From an uncultured Actinomycetes bacterium (GTDB lineage: Bacteria > Actinomycetota > Thermoleophilia > UBA2241): a stretch of 64,000 nt of DNA. A program made the translations under genes and the position numbers. Under the pieces are notes generated by a model. That model saw nothing but the letters and a program-made list of their open reading frames with translations, did not search any database and was not told the DNA's origin. The DNA is taken from the NCBI GenBank assembly GCA_963709345.1, contig CAVPVX010000004.1, positions 288,001 to 352,000 on the forward strand, written 5' to 3'. Every line of letters starts with the position of its first letter. Position 1 is the first letter of the stretch. This document shows, in pieces, positions 17,373 to 26,526 of the stretch.

Positions 17373-20054
17373 GTGGAGCTGACCATCGATGGGCGGCAGG
17401 TGGCCGCCGAACCGGGCACGACGATCCTCCAGGCGGCGCGCGCCGCCGGCATCGACATCCCGACGCTCTGCCAGGACGACAGGCTGGAACCTTTCGCGGC
17501 CTGCCGCCTCTGTCTCGTCGAAGTGGAGGGCGCCAAGGCTCCGCTCGTCGCCTGCGATACGGAGGTCCGTGAGGGCATGGTCGTCGCCACCGAGACCGAG
17601 GACCTTGTGGACCAGCGCCGCGTGCTCATCGACCTGCTGCTCAGCGATCATCACAACGACTGCATCGTCTGCGATCAGGCCGGCGGCTGCCGGCTGCAGG
17701 AGCTGGCGTATCGCTACGACATCTCGGGCACGACCTATGCCGGCGCGACGCGCGAGTACCCGGCGCGCGACGACACGCCCTTCATCGCCTACGACCCCGG
17801 CAAGTGCATCCTGTGCGGCCGCTGCGTCGCCATCTGCCAGGAGGTCCAGGGGTGCGAGGTCCTCGACTTCGCCGAGCGCGGCTTCGACTCGGTCATCACG
17901 ACCTCGTTCGGCCGCTCCATGGTCGAGACCGACTGCGAGATGTGCGGCAACTGCGTGAGCGCCTGTCCTACCGGCGCCCTGCAGGACAAGCTCAGCCGGC
18001 AGCAGTGCCGCATCTGGGACGCCGAGGTCGTGCGCAGCGTCTGCCCCTTCTGCGGCTGCGGCTGCACACTCGACCTGCACGTCAAGGACGGCCGCGTCAT
18101 CCAGGTCACCTCGCCGGTCGGCGAGGGCGCCGGCGAGGGTAATCTCTGCGTCAAGGGGCGGTACGGGTTCCAGTTCATCGGCCACGCGGACCGCCTGACT
18201 CAGCCCTTGGTGCGCCGCGCCGGCGAGCTCGTGCCGGCCACGTGGGACGAGGCCCTCGACCTGACGGCCGCGAAACTGACCGCCATCAAGGTCGAGCACG
18301 GCGCCGACGCGCTCGTCGGCTTCTCGTCGGCCCGGTGCACCAACGAGGACAACTACGTCTTCCAGAAGTTCATGCGCGCCGTGCTGGGCACGCAGAACGT
18401 CGACCACTGTGCCCGGCTCTGCCACGCGAGCACGGTCACCGGCCTGCGCCAGTCACTGGGCAGCGGCGCCATGACCAACTCGTTCAAGGACATCGAGGAC
18501 GCCGAGGCGATCCTCATCATCGGCTCGAACACGAGCGAGGCGCATCCCATCGGCGCGCTGCACATCAAGAAGGCCATGCGCAAGGGCGCCAAGCTCATCG
18601 TCGTCGACCCGCGGCGCATAGACATGGCCCGCCGCGCCGACTACCACCTTCAGCTTCTGCCCGGCACCAACGTGGCGGTCGTCAACGGCCTGATGAACGT
18701 CATCCTCACCGAGCGACTGACCGACCCCGATTTCATCGCCGCGCGCACCGAGGGCTTCGACGAGCTTCCCGAGGTGCTTGCGGCTTACACGCCGGAGGTC
18801 GTCGAGCAGATCTCCGGCGTTCCCGCCGAGACGCTGCGTGAGGCCGCGCGGGCCTTCGCCACGGCCGGCAGGGGCGCCATCTTCTATGCGATGGGCATCA
18901 CACAGCACTCGCACGGCACGGAGCACGTGCTCGCGCTGAGCAACCTCGCGCTCATGACCGGCAACCTCGGCCGGCCCGGCGTCGGCGTCAATCCGCTGCG
19001 CGGCCAGAACAACGTACAGGGAGCCTGTGACATGGGCGCCCTGCCGAACGTCTACACGGGCTATCAGTCGGTCGGCGATCCCGCCGCACAGGCGAAGTTC
19101 GATGAGGCGTGGGGAGTCACGCTCCCCGACAAGCCCGGCCTCACGGTCACCGAGGCCGTCGACGGCATGCACGCCGGCACCGTGCGCGGCCTGTTCGTGA
19201 TGGGCGAGAACCCCATGCTCTCGGATCCTGACCAGACACACGTCGAGGAGGCGCTGCGCGGCCTCGACTTCCTCGTGGTCCAGGACATCTTCCTCACCGA
19301 GACGGCGGCCCTCGCCGACGTCGTCCTGCCGGCGGCCAGCTTCGCCGAGAAGGATGGGACCTTCACGAACACCGAGCGCAAGGTGCAGCGCGTGCGCAAG
19401 GCGGTGCCCAGTCCGGGCGAGGCGCGCGAAGACTGGGCCATCGTCGCCGAGCTGGCGCGCCGCATCGGCGCGACCGACGGCTGGGACTACCGGCACCCGC
19501 GTGACATCGTCGACGAGATCGACCGCCTGACGCCGTCGTACGCAGGCATCACCTACGAGCGGCTCGACGACGAGGGCGGCCTCTGCTGGCCGTGCCCGGA
19601 CACGTCACATCCGGGCACGCCGATCCTGCACATCGGCGAGTTCACGCGTGGGAGGGGCAAATTCTACCCTGTCGCCTACCAGGCGCCGGCCGAGGTCGCC
19701 GACGAGGAGTACCCGTTGACGCTGACCACCGGGCGCATGCTCGAGCACTACCACACGGGCACGATGACGCGGCGCTCCGACGGGCTCAACGAGCTCGTGC
19801 CCACCGGTTTCGTCGAGGTGCATCCCGACGACGCTCTGCGACTCGGTCTGGAAGACGGCATCGAGGTCACGGTCGAGACGCGCCGCGGCTTCATCCGCAC
19901 GCCGGCGAACGTGACGGCGCGGGTGCGCCAGGGCACCGTGTTCGTGCCCTTCCACTTCTGGGAGGCGCCGGCGAACCGGCTCACCAACACGGCGCGCGAC
20001 CCCATGGCCAAGATCCCCGAGTTCAAGGTGTGCGGCTGCCGGGTCACGGCCTGA
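17373..20054 (+). CDS. fdhF: Formate dehydrogenase alpha subunit (Mo/W-bisPGD, Cys-type) with a NuoG-like N-terminal Fe-S region
   Basis: 2Fe-2S 'IPTLC..ACRLC..AC', 'HHNDCIVCDQAGGC', two 4Fe-4S motifs, 'CPFCGCGC...LCVKG', active site 'DHCARLCHAS', 'PLRGQNNVQG', 'TTGR..EHYHTGTMT'. Confidence 0.93.
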   Translation: MELTIDGRQVAAEPGTTILQAARAAGIDIPTLCQDDRLEPFAACRLCLVEVEGAKAPLVACDTEVREGMVVATETEDLVDQRRVLIDLLLSDHHNDCIVCDQAGGCRLQELAYRYDISGTTYAGATREYPARDDTPFIAYDPGKCILCGRCVAICQEVQGCEVLDFAERGFDSVITTSFGRSMVETDCEMCGNCVSACPTGALQDKLSRQQCRIWDAEVVRSVCPFCGCGCTLDLHVKDGRVIQVTSPVGEGAGEGNLCVKGRYGFQFIGHADRLTQPLVRRAGELVPATWDEALDLTAAKLTAIKVEHGADALVGFSSARCTNEDNYVFQKFMRAVLGTQNVDHCARLCHASTVTGLRQSLGSGAMTNSFKDIEDAEAILIIGSNTSEAHPIGALHIKKAMRKGAKLIVVDPRRIDMARRADYHLQLLPGTNVAVVNGLMNVILTERLTDPDFIAARTEGFDELPEVLAAYTPEVVEQISGVPAETLREAARAFATAGRGAIFYAMGITQHSHGTEHVLALSNLALMTGNLGRPGVGVNPLRGQNNVQGACDMGALPNVYTGYQSVGDPAAQAKFDEAWGVTLPDKPGLTVTEAVDGMHAGTVRGLFVMGENPMLSDPDQTHVEEALRGLDFLVVQDIFLTETAALADVVLPAASFAEKDGTFTNTERKVQRVRKAVPSPGEAREDWAIVAELARRIGATDGWDYRHPRDIVDEIDRLTPSYAGITYERLDDEGGLCWPCPDTSHPGTPILHIGEFTRGRGKFYPVAYQAPAEVADEEYPLTLTTGRMLEHYHTGTMTRRSDGLNELVPTGFVEVHPDDALRLGLEDGIEVTVETRRGFIRTPANVTARVRQGTVFVPFHFWEAPANRLTNTARDPMAKIPEFKVCGCRVTA

Positions 20055-20080
20055 GGGTGCGGGAGCGGTAGTCACCACCT

Positions 20081-20782
20081 TTGATACCGCTCCACGACGA
20101 CATACCGACGCGCCGCTTTCCCGTGGTCACCGCGGCGCTCATCGCCACCAACGTCGCCGTGTTCGTCGTGCAACTGCTGCTGCCGCGCTGGGGGATCACG
20201 CTCGAGGGTTGGTACTACTTGGCGGGTGCGCGCCCGTTCGAGCTCACCCACCAGGTCGACCTGCCGCCCTTCGGCTACGTCCCCTGGTGGGCGACGCTGT
20301 TCACGTCCATGTTCGTCCACGGCGGCTGGCTGCATCTCGCTTTCAACATGCTGTACCTGTGGATCTTCGGCAACAACGTCGAGGATGCCATGACACGGTC
20401 GCGGTTCGTCGCCTTCTATGTGGTGTGCGGCCTCGTCGCGACGACGGCGCAGGTGCTCGTCGCTCCTGACAGCGATGTGCCGCTGATCGGCGCCAGCGGT
20501 GCGATCGCCGGGGTGCTCGGCGCCTACCTGGTCCTCTTCCCCGGAGCCAGGGTGCTCGCGGTGATCCCCCTTGTCGTCGTCTTCCCCGTGATCGAGATCC
20601 CGGCTTGGATGCTGCTGGTTCTGTGGTTCGTGCTCCAGAGCGTCAGCGGCATCCAGTCGCTGGGTACGGGTGAGGCCGGGGTCGCCTTCTTCGCTCACCT
20701 CGGCGGCTTCGTGGCCGGCATGGTCCTGGTGTTCCTGTTCGCCGGGCGCCGGCCGGGCGTTCGCGCCCGGCGCCGGGTGTAA
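20081..20782 (+). CDS. Rhomboid family intramembrane serine protease
   Basis: 'MIPLHDD.P', 'SMFVHGGWLHL.FNM', 'GASGAI', 'AHLGGF'. Confidence 0.92.
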   Translation: MIPLHDDIPTRRFPVVTAALIATNVAVFVVQLLLPRWGITLEGWYYLAGARPFELTHQVDLPPFGYVPWWATLFTSMFVHGGWLHLAFNMLYLWIFGNNVEDAMTRSRFVAFYVVCGLVATTAQVLVAPDSDVPLIGASGAIAGVLGAYLVLFPGARVLAVIPLVVVFPVIEIPAWMLLVLWFVLQSVSGIQSLGTGEAGVAFFAHLGGFVAGMVLVFLFAGRRPGVRARRRV

Positions 20783-20804
20783 GCTAGCCGGCAGGGGCCA
20801 TGCC

Positions 20805-21623
20805 ATGATCGCCGACTATCACATCCACACGTTCATGTGCCGTCACGCGGAGGGTGAGCCGCGCGAGTACGTCGAGCGCGCCCTCGCGGTGGGCATGACG
20901 GAGATGGGCTTCGCCGACCACCTGCCGTTTCTCGGCGGGTGGGAGCCCAGCCACGACCTCAAGGACGACTGGTCGATGCGCCCGCACGAGCTCGACGACT
21001 ACGTCTCCATGGTGGCGGGACTCGCCCGGGAGTACGCCTCCGATCTGCGCATCCTCGTGGGCATCGAGGCCGACTACATCGAGGACACGCTGGACGAGAC
21101 CGCTGCGGCGCTGGCCGACTACCCCTTCGACTACGTGATCGGCTCGGTGCACATCGTCGGCGACCGTTTCGGCTTCGATCACCCCGACATGCTGCACCGT
21201 CTCCCGGAGTACGGCATCGACCGCATCTACCTCGAGAGCCTGGAGTTGGCGCGCCGCGCCGCCGAGAGCGGGCTCTTCGACGTCATAGGACACCTCGATC
21301 ACGCGAAGAAGCTCGGCCGCCGGCCGAGCGACGAGGCGGCCGTGGCGGCCGCCGCGTCCGCGGCGCTGCGCGCCGCGGCGGCGGCCGGCTGCGCGCTCGA
21401 GCTCAACACGGCCGGGTGGCGCAAGCCGGTCGACGATCCGTTTCCGGGGCCGGCGCTGCTGGCGGAGGCCCGGCGGCTTGACATCCCGCTCGTGTTCGGC
21501 TCCGACGCGCATCGCCCGGGCGACGTGGGACACGCGTTCGAGCGTGCCGCCTCGGTGGCCCGGGATGCCGGGTATGAGTCGCTCCTCTGTCTGTCCGGCG
21601 AGTGCGCCGAGGCGTTGCCGTGA
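20805..21623 (+). CDS. Histidinol-phosphatase, PHP (HisJ/HisK) family
   Basis: 'DYHIHT..CRHA.G', 'GFADH.P', 'GIEADY', 'DYVIGSVH', 'ELNTAG', 'GSDAH.P'. Confidence 0.88.
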   Translation: MIADYHIHTFMCRHAEGEPREYVERALAVGMTEMGFADHLPFLGGWEPSHDLKDDWSMRPHELDDYVSMVAGLAREYASDLRILVGIEADYIEDTLDETAAALADYPFDYVIGSVHIVGDRFGFDHPDMLHRLPEYGIDRIYLESLELARRAAESGLFDVIGHLDHAKKLGRRPSDEAAVAAAASAALRAAAAAGCALELNTAGWRKPVDDPFPGPALLAEARRLDIPLVFGSDAHRPGDVGHAFERAASVARDAGYESLLCLSGECAEALP

Positions 21624-22510
21624 GGCCGGCCGGCCGGCGGCTCGCCGCCGTCTTCAACGCGCACTCCGGCGGCGGAGGGTATCAGCGCGACATCCCGCTG
21701 ATCTTCGAGGCGCTGCGTGGTCTGGGGTACGAGGTGGAGGAGCGCGAGACGCAGGGGCCCGGCGATGCCACGCGGCTCGCCCGCGAAGCCGTCGCCGACG
21801 GCTGCGATCTCGTCTGCGCCGTCGGCGGCGACGGCACCGTCAACGAGACTATCAACGGCTTGGCCGGGAGCGAGGTCCCCCTCGCCATCGTGCCGACCGG
21901 CACGGTCAACGTGCTCGCGATGGAGCTCGGCATACCGCTCGAGCCGCCCGACGCCGTGCGGCTCCTCGAGGCCGGCACGGTGTCCTGGATCGATCTCGGG
22001 CTCGCCGGAGAGCGCTACTTCGGGCTCATGGCCGGAGTCGGCATGGACGCCGCGGTGGTCGCGTCCCTGAACCCGACCATGAAGAAGGCCCTGAAGGAGG
22101 CGGCGTTCGCCGTTCAGGGCCTTGCCACGTACCTCACCCACGAGGAGCCGCTCATACGTGTGGCATGCGCCGAACGCGCCGTCGAAGGGTACTTCGCCGT
22201 CTTCGGCAACTCGTCCAACTACGGAGGCGCGTTCGGCATCACGCCGCTAGCCGACATGCGCGACGGGTTGCTCGACGTCTGCGTGCTCAAGGACAAGTCG
22301 TTCCTCAGCACCGTCTGGTACTGGACGGCAGCGCTCATCAACGCCCACATCAAGCACCCGAAGGTCGAGTACTTCCGCACGGAGCGCGCCATGGTCACGA
22401 CGGTCGAGGAGGGCAAGGAGGTGCTCGTGCAGACCGACGGAGAGGTCGCCGGCAAGCTGCCGCTCGAGTGTCGCGTGGTCCCGCATGCCCTGCGCGTGGT
22501 GGTGCCGTGA
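21620..22510 (+). CDS. Diacylglycerol/lipid kinase family protein (YegS/BmrU-like)
   Basis: 'FNAHSG', 'GGDGTVNE', 'PTGTVN', 'AGVGMDA', 'QTDGE'. The GTG overlaps the previous stop. Confidence 0.9.
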   Translation: MRPAGRRLAAVFNAHSGGGGYQRDIPLIFEALRGLGYEVEERETQGPGDATRLAREAVADGCDLVCAVGGDGTVNETINGLAGSEVPLAIVPTGTVNVLAMELGIPLEPPDAVRLLEAGTVSWIDLGLAGERYFGLMAGVGMDAAVVASLNPTMKKALKEAAFAVQGLATYLTHEEPLIRVACAERAVEGYFAVFGNSSNYGGAFGITPLADMRDGLLDVCVLKDKSFLSTVWYWTAALINAHIKHPKVEYFRTERAMVTTVEEGKEVLVQTDGEVAGKLPLECRVVPHALRVVVP

Positions 22511-22550
22511 GCATCGCAGGCCTTCGCCGCGGTGCGGGAGGCGAGCAGAG

Positions 22551-24005
22551 ATGAGGCCGCGTATCACGCCAGCCCCGGCGGCCGAGCTCGACGCCATTCA
22601 CGCCGCGACCCTGCGCGTGCTGGACGAGGTCGGCGTCGTCTTCCCGAGCCGCGACGCCCAAGAGCTGCTGGCGGCGGCCGGCGCTGTGGTCAACGCCAGG
22701 ACCGGTGTCGTCAGGATCCCACCACGACTCGTCGGGGAGGCGCTGGATGCGGCGCCTCGCGACGTGCTGCTCGCCGGTCGCGACGCCGCGCGCGACGTGC
22801 GCTGCGACGGCGACGAGGTGTGCCTGACGCTCGACGGCACCGGCGCGTACACGCTCGACCACCACAGCTGGGAGCGACGTACCTCGACGATGCGCGATCT
22901 CGCCGACGCCGCGCTGGTCGCCGATGCCTCGGCGGAGATCGGTGTCGTCTGGAACATCGTGAGCGCGGCCGACGCACCGGCAAACACCCAGGTCCTCGAC
23001 GAGCTCGTCGCCTGCGTGTCCCACACCGGGAAGCACGTGCAGGGGGAGGTACAGCGCGCCGCGGAGGTGCCGTACGTGCTGGACATCCTCGCCGCCGCGA
23101 GCGATGAGGGGCGCTGGCGCCCAGAGCGCCCCTTCTTCTCCATCGTGTACTGCCCGGTCCCGCCTCTTCAGCACGAGCCGGAGATGCTCGACGCAGCCCT
23201 CGCGCTGGCGCGCGCGGGCGTGCCGATGTGCGTCTACAGCATGGGCCTCGCCGGGGCGACCGCCCCGGTCACTCTTGCCGGCGCCGTCATGCAGGCGAAC
23301 GCGGAGATCCTCAGCTCCATCGTCCTCTTCCAGCTCGCGCGTCCGGGTCTGGGCTGCATCTACGTCGCCGACACCGGCGTGCTCGACATGCACGCCGGCG
23401 TGTACGCCGCCGCCTCACCGGAGTCGGTGCTCATCACCCAGGCGATGGCCGGTCTGGCCCGCCGCTACGAGCTCCCCATGATGGCGACGGGCTTCACCGG
23501 CGACGCCAACGAGTTCTCGTGGATGAGCGGGAGCGACGCCGGGATGACGGGTCTGGCCGCGGCGCTCATGGACCCGGACCTGCTCTGCGGCGCCGGCATG
23601 CACGACGGCGCCCAGATGCTCTCGCTGCCCAAGATCCTGCTGGACTGCGAGCTCTTCCGCCAGTGCGTCAGGGTGCGCGCGGGGCTTACGGTCGACGAGG
23701 AGCACCTGATGACCGATGTCGTCGCGAACGTCGGACCGGGCGGCCACTTCCTCAAGGCGCGGGAGACGCGCCGGTTCCTGCGTGCCGGCGAGCTGTTCAG
23801 CCCGCGGTTGCAGCTGCGCGAACCGTTCGAGGCGTGGAGTGCCGAGCGGCCGGAGGGGGTCCGGAGCTCGGCCGAAGTGGACCGCGCGGTCGCGGCCGTC
23901 GAGGAGATCCTCGCGACCCATCGCCCCAAGCCGCTGCCGCCGGGGGCGAGCGACCGTATCGCCGGCGTCCTCGCGGCTGCACGCCGCGACCTGGACGCTC
24001 GCTGA
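22551..24005 (+). CDS. Trimethylamine methyltransferase (MttB) superfamily protein, non-pyrrolysine
   Basis: 'IHAATLRVLDEVGV', 'PPLQH', 'GATAPVTLAG....NAEIL', 'DM..G......PE', 'VGPGGHFL'. No in-frame TAG. Confidence 0.88.
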   Translation: MRPRITPAPAAELDAIHAATLRVLDEVGVVFPSRDAQELLAAAGAVVNARTGVVRIPPRLVGEALDAAPRDVLLAGRDAARDVRCDGDEVCLTLDGTGAYTLDHHSWERRTSTMRDLADAALVADASAEIGVVWNIVSAADAPANTQVLDELVACVSHTGKHVQGEVQRAAEVPYVLDILAAASDEGRWRPERPFFSIVYCPVPPLQHEPEMLDAALALARAGVPMCVYSMGLAGATAPVTLAGAVMQANAEILSSIVLFQLARPGLGCIYVADTGVLDMHAGVYAAASPESVLITQAMAGLARRYELPMMATGFTGDANEFSWMSGSDAGMTGLAAALMDPDLLCGAGMHDGAQMLSLPKILLDCELFRQCVRVRAGLTVDEEHLMTDVVANVGPGGHFLKARETRRFLRAGELFSPRLQLREPFEAWSAERPEGVRSSAEVDRAVAAVEEILATHRPKPLPPGASDRIAGVLAAARRDLDAR

Positions 24006-24006
24006 C

Positions 24007-24600
24007 CTACAGGCCCATCACCTGGGCCAGCGCGCGGAGGCGCTCCGCGTATTCCTTTCGCGCCTTGGGGTCCCGGCCCTGGAGCTCCGCCGGTTCGGCG
24101 ACCGGGACGATCTTGAAGGCCGGGTTGTCGAAGAGCCGGAGCTCGAGGGAGTCGCCGGGGGCGTAGGGCGGGTTCTTGAAGAGCTTGCCGAGGAGGAAGC
24201 GTGTCGTCGGTTCGCCGACCGTGAGCACGTAGTGCGGCGTGGTGATCGTGAGTTCCCGCGAGAGATACGGGTAGCAGGCTTCGAGCTCGTCGTCTGTGGG
24301 GTCGCGCAGGGCGTCGCCGCCGCGCGGGACGCACTTGACGAGCGTCGTCGTGTAGACCTGCTCACGGCTCTCTGCAAGCGCCGGCATGAACTCGGCCAGC
24401 GCTTCGACCGTGGCCTGGCCGGCGACCCGGCCCTCGTCTTCGTCGGCCGGGTCGGGGGCGAGCGAGACGACCATCACCGAGCAGTGCGGGTGACCACCTC
24501 CGGGGACGGCGCGGAGCCGGCTTGCCGCCAGTCCCTCGCAGCGGGTGCACCCGCCGACGCTCCGCGCCAGTTTGTCCAGTTGTTCGATCGCGTCTTCCAT
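24007..24600 (-). CDS. Uracil-DNA glycosylase family 4-like protein with degenerate catalytic motifs
   Basis: Fe-S Cys pattern 'CTRC', 'VKCVP', 'ACYPYL..EL' and 'VYTT' are retained. GEAPG is replaced by 'SLAPD' and HPA by 'EPA'. Confidence 0.75.
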   Translation of the reverse strand: MEDAIEQLDKLARSVGGCTRCEGLAASRLRAVPGGGHPHCSVMVVSLAPDPADEDEGRVAGQATVEALAEFMPALAESREQVYTTTLVKCVPRGGDALRDPTDDELEACYPYLSRELTITTPHYVLTVGEPTTRFLLGKLFKNPPYAPGDSLELRLFDNPAFKIVPVAEPAELQGRDPKARKEYAERLRALAQVMGL

Positions 24601-24646
24601 GAAGGCCTCTCTCTCGTCGAGCCGGCCGGCGGCGCCGGCCGGGAGG

Positions 24647-24988
24647 TCAGGCGTCGGGCTTGATGAGGCGGTAGTCGCAGGTGAGGGCGTTGTGCAGGCC
24701 TACGAGCACGAGCAGCAGCTCGCTGCCGAACGGCGCCAGCACCACGCTGAGATCGTCGAAGTCGACCGAGATGTACCGGGCCTCTGGCCGGGCGAGCTCG
24801 GCGGCCAGTTGCGCGCCGATGTCGATGACGCCGGCCACCTGTGCGGCGACGGCGTCCGCGGCGAACCCGGCGTCGGCGTCGGAGGCCACGACGAAGCCGT
24901 CGCGGGAGATCAGCAGCGCAGCGAGGATGCCGGGGGTCTCGCGGTACGGCGCGAGCTGTGCGGCGAGGGTGTCGGCCTTGTCGTTCAC
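24647..24988 (-). CDS. Roadblock/LC7 (MglB-like) domain protein
   Basis: 'PGILAALLISRDGFVVAS....DAVAA' and 'LARPE..YISVDF', 113 aa. Confidence 0.85.
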   Translation of the reverse strand: MNDKADTLAAQLAPYRETPGILAALLISRDGFVVASDADAGFAADAVAAQVAGVIDIGAQLAAELARPEARYISVDFDDLSVVLAPFGSELLLVLVGLHNALTCDYRLIKPDA

Positions 24989-25284
24989 GGCGCCTCCAGA
25001 GCGGTCTCGAGTTGGGCGCGCACGGCACCGGCGAACGCCGCCGCCGCGGCCGCGTCGGAGAAGACGCGGGTAAGGCCGTCGCGTGAACCGGCCATCTCGC
25101 TGAGGAAGATGCCGGCGCGGGGCAGCGGAGAGCCGTCGGCGTCTGGGAGCGCCCGGTCGAGGGGCAAGTGGATCAGCGTGTCGCCATTCACGAACAACCG
25201 GCTAGTCTCGCGCCCCGACAGGCGCACCCGGACGCGCACGACCACGCCTTCGGGCGATTGCTGGTTGGCGATGTCGATTTCCAC
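24985..25284 (-). CDS. Hypothetical protein
   Basis: 99-aa ORF whose stop overlaps the roadblock GTG. TAGGCT lies 6 nt before its GTG. Confidence 0.6.
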   Translation of the reverse strand: MEIDIANQQSPEGVVVRVRVRLSGRETSRLFVNGDTLIHLPLDRALPDADGSPLPRAGIFLSEMAGSRDGLTRVFSDAAAAAAFAGAVRAQLETALEAP

Positions 25285-25345
25285 AGGAGCAGCCTAACGA
25301 GGCGCGTGTGCGGTGGCAAGACGCGGGCCTTGGCGGCCCGCCGGC

Positions 25346-26389
25346 TCACAAGGCGGCTGCGAGTGGCAGCGGCGGCCGCGCAGGCGGGGCGTCGTCGGTC
25401 GCGCGGCCGGCCTCGCTCTGCGCGGTCGCCAGTAGATCCTCGAGACGTCGCACCGTGGGGAAGGAGGAGGCGCCGGTGGCCAGCGTCTGCCGGCGCCCCG
25501 CGATGAGGCTCGCGCCGACGTCGTGAGCCAGCCGCGCGGCCGTCTCCCGGGCCTCGCCGAGCGGACAGCCGGGCAGCACGAGGACGAGGCTGTCGGGTCC
25601 CGTCCTGAAGGCGCGGCCGTCGGCGCAGAGCCGCCGCTCCGCGCGCCTGGCCACGGCGCGAACCAGCTCTTCGCTTCCCTGCGCGCCGAGGAAGTCGCGG
25701 CTGTCGCGGTAGTGCTCCAGCCGGACGTACACCACGCTCAGGGGGAGGTGCTCCGCCAGCGCCGTCGCCATGCTCCGCTCCAAGTGGTCGGGAAGGCAGG
25801 CCGTCGTCCACAAGCCGGTGCTCACGTCGACCTTCGCGGCGTGTGGCGCTCTGCGAGCAGGTCGCCGCTTGAGGCGGGTCGCTGCCAGCGAGCCGCCGGC
25901 GACCAGGACCCCGATCTTGGCGACGCCCCCGGCGCGGCTGCCGCCGAGGGAGGGATCCGCGATCGCGAGCACGATGAGTAGCGCGAGCGCGGGTCCGAGG
26001 AGGTACGGCCACTCGCCGCGCGCGGCGCCGGCCAGCTGGCCCATGGCGAGCAGTGGGATGGCGCCGAGAAGCCAGCTGTCGGCGCCGCCGGAGAGCGCGA
26101 GGACGAGGCCGAGAAGGAGCCAGTCGGCGACCACGAACGAGTGCGCGAGGTCGGAGCCCCGAGTCAGCGACACGCGGATCGAGGTGAAGCCGGCAAGGGC
26201 GCCGAGCGCGGCCGGGACCGCCGCCGCGCGGTGTCCCAGCGCCAGCGCCGCGACGGTGAGCACGAGGAAGAAGAGAGTGCGGTATCTGGCCCGCAGGAGC
26301 GCCGGGTCGCGGCGTCTGCGAGGCGGGCGCCTCACCGGGGCGCCGTCCGGATCATGCGTGGCGGGGTGTGCGTGCGCTGCATGCCGCAC
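25346..26389 (-). CDS. Membrane protein with a degenerate GGDEF domain
   Basis: About 5 TM helices, then 'DVSTGLWT', 'PLSVVYVRLEHY...D..G....EELVR.VA', 'AFRTGPDSLVLVLP', 'TGASSFP', 'DLLATA'. The start codon is uncertain. Confidence 0.7.
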   Translation of the reverse strand: MRHAAHAHPATHDPDGAPVRRPPRRRRDPALLRARYRTLFFLVLTVAALALGHRAAAVPAALGALAGFTSIRVSLTRGSDLAHSFVVADWLLLGLVLALSGGADSWLLGAIPLLAMGQLAGAARGEWPYLLGPALALLIVLAIADPSLGGSRAGGVAKIGVLVAGGSLAATRLKRRPARRAPHAAKVDVSTGLWTTACLPDHLERSMATALAEHLPLSVVYVRLEHYRDSRDFLGAQGSEELVRAVARRAERRLCADGRAFRTGPDSLVLVLPGCPLGEARETAARLAHDVGASLIAGRRQTLATGASSFPTVRRLEDLLATAQSEAGRATDDAPPARPPLPLAAAL

Positions 26390-26526
26390 CTATTCTGACT
26401 CCCCCGCTCCAATCCTTCAAGGTCAAGTCAAGGGTTTGGGTTGGTAGAAGGACCGCGCCGGTGGGCCGCTGTCGGAATCGGGGCACGGCTGGCGCCGCCG
26501 CCGGCGTCGGCTATAATCGGTGCCCC

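Noticed and set aside
14991-18425. 1144-aa minus-strand ORF as a giant MFS fusion
   Set aside because: The N-terminal 579 aa are the antisense shadow of fdhF plus an off-frame reading of marR. The transporter starts at ATG 16688, coupled to the marR stop.
18405-18430. Selenocysteine in the FDH active site
   Set aside because: The codon in 'ARLCH' is TGC (Cys) and there is no in-frame TGA.
22551-24005. Pyrrolysine in MttB
   Set aside because: The ORF is continuous with no in-frame TAG.
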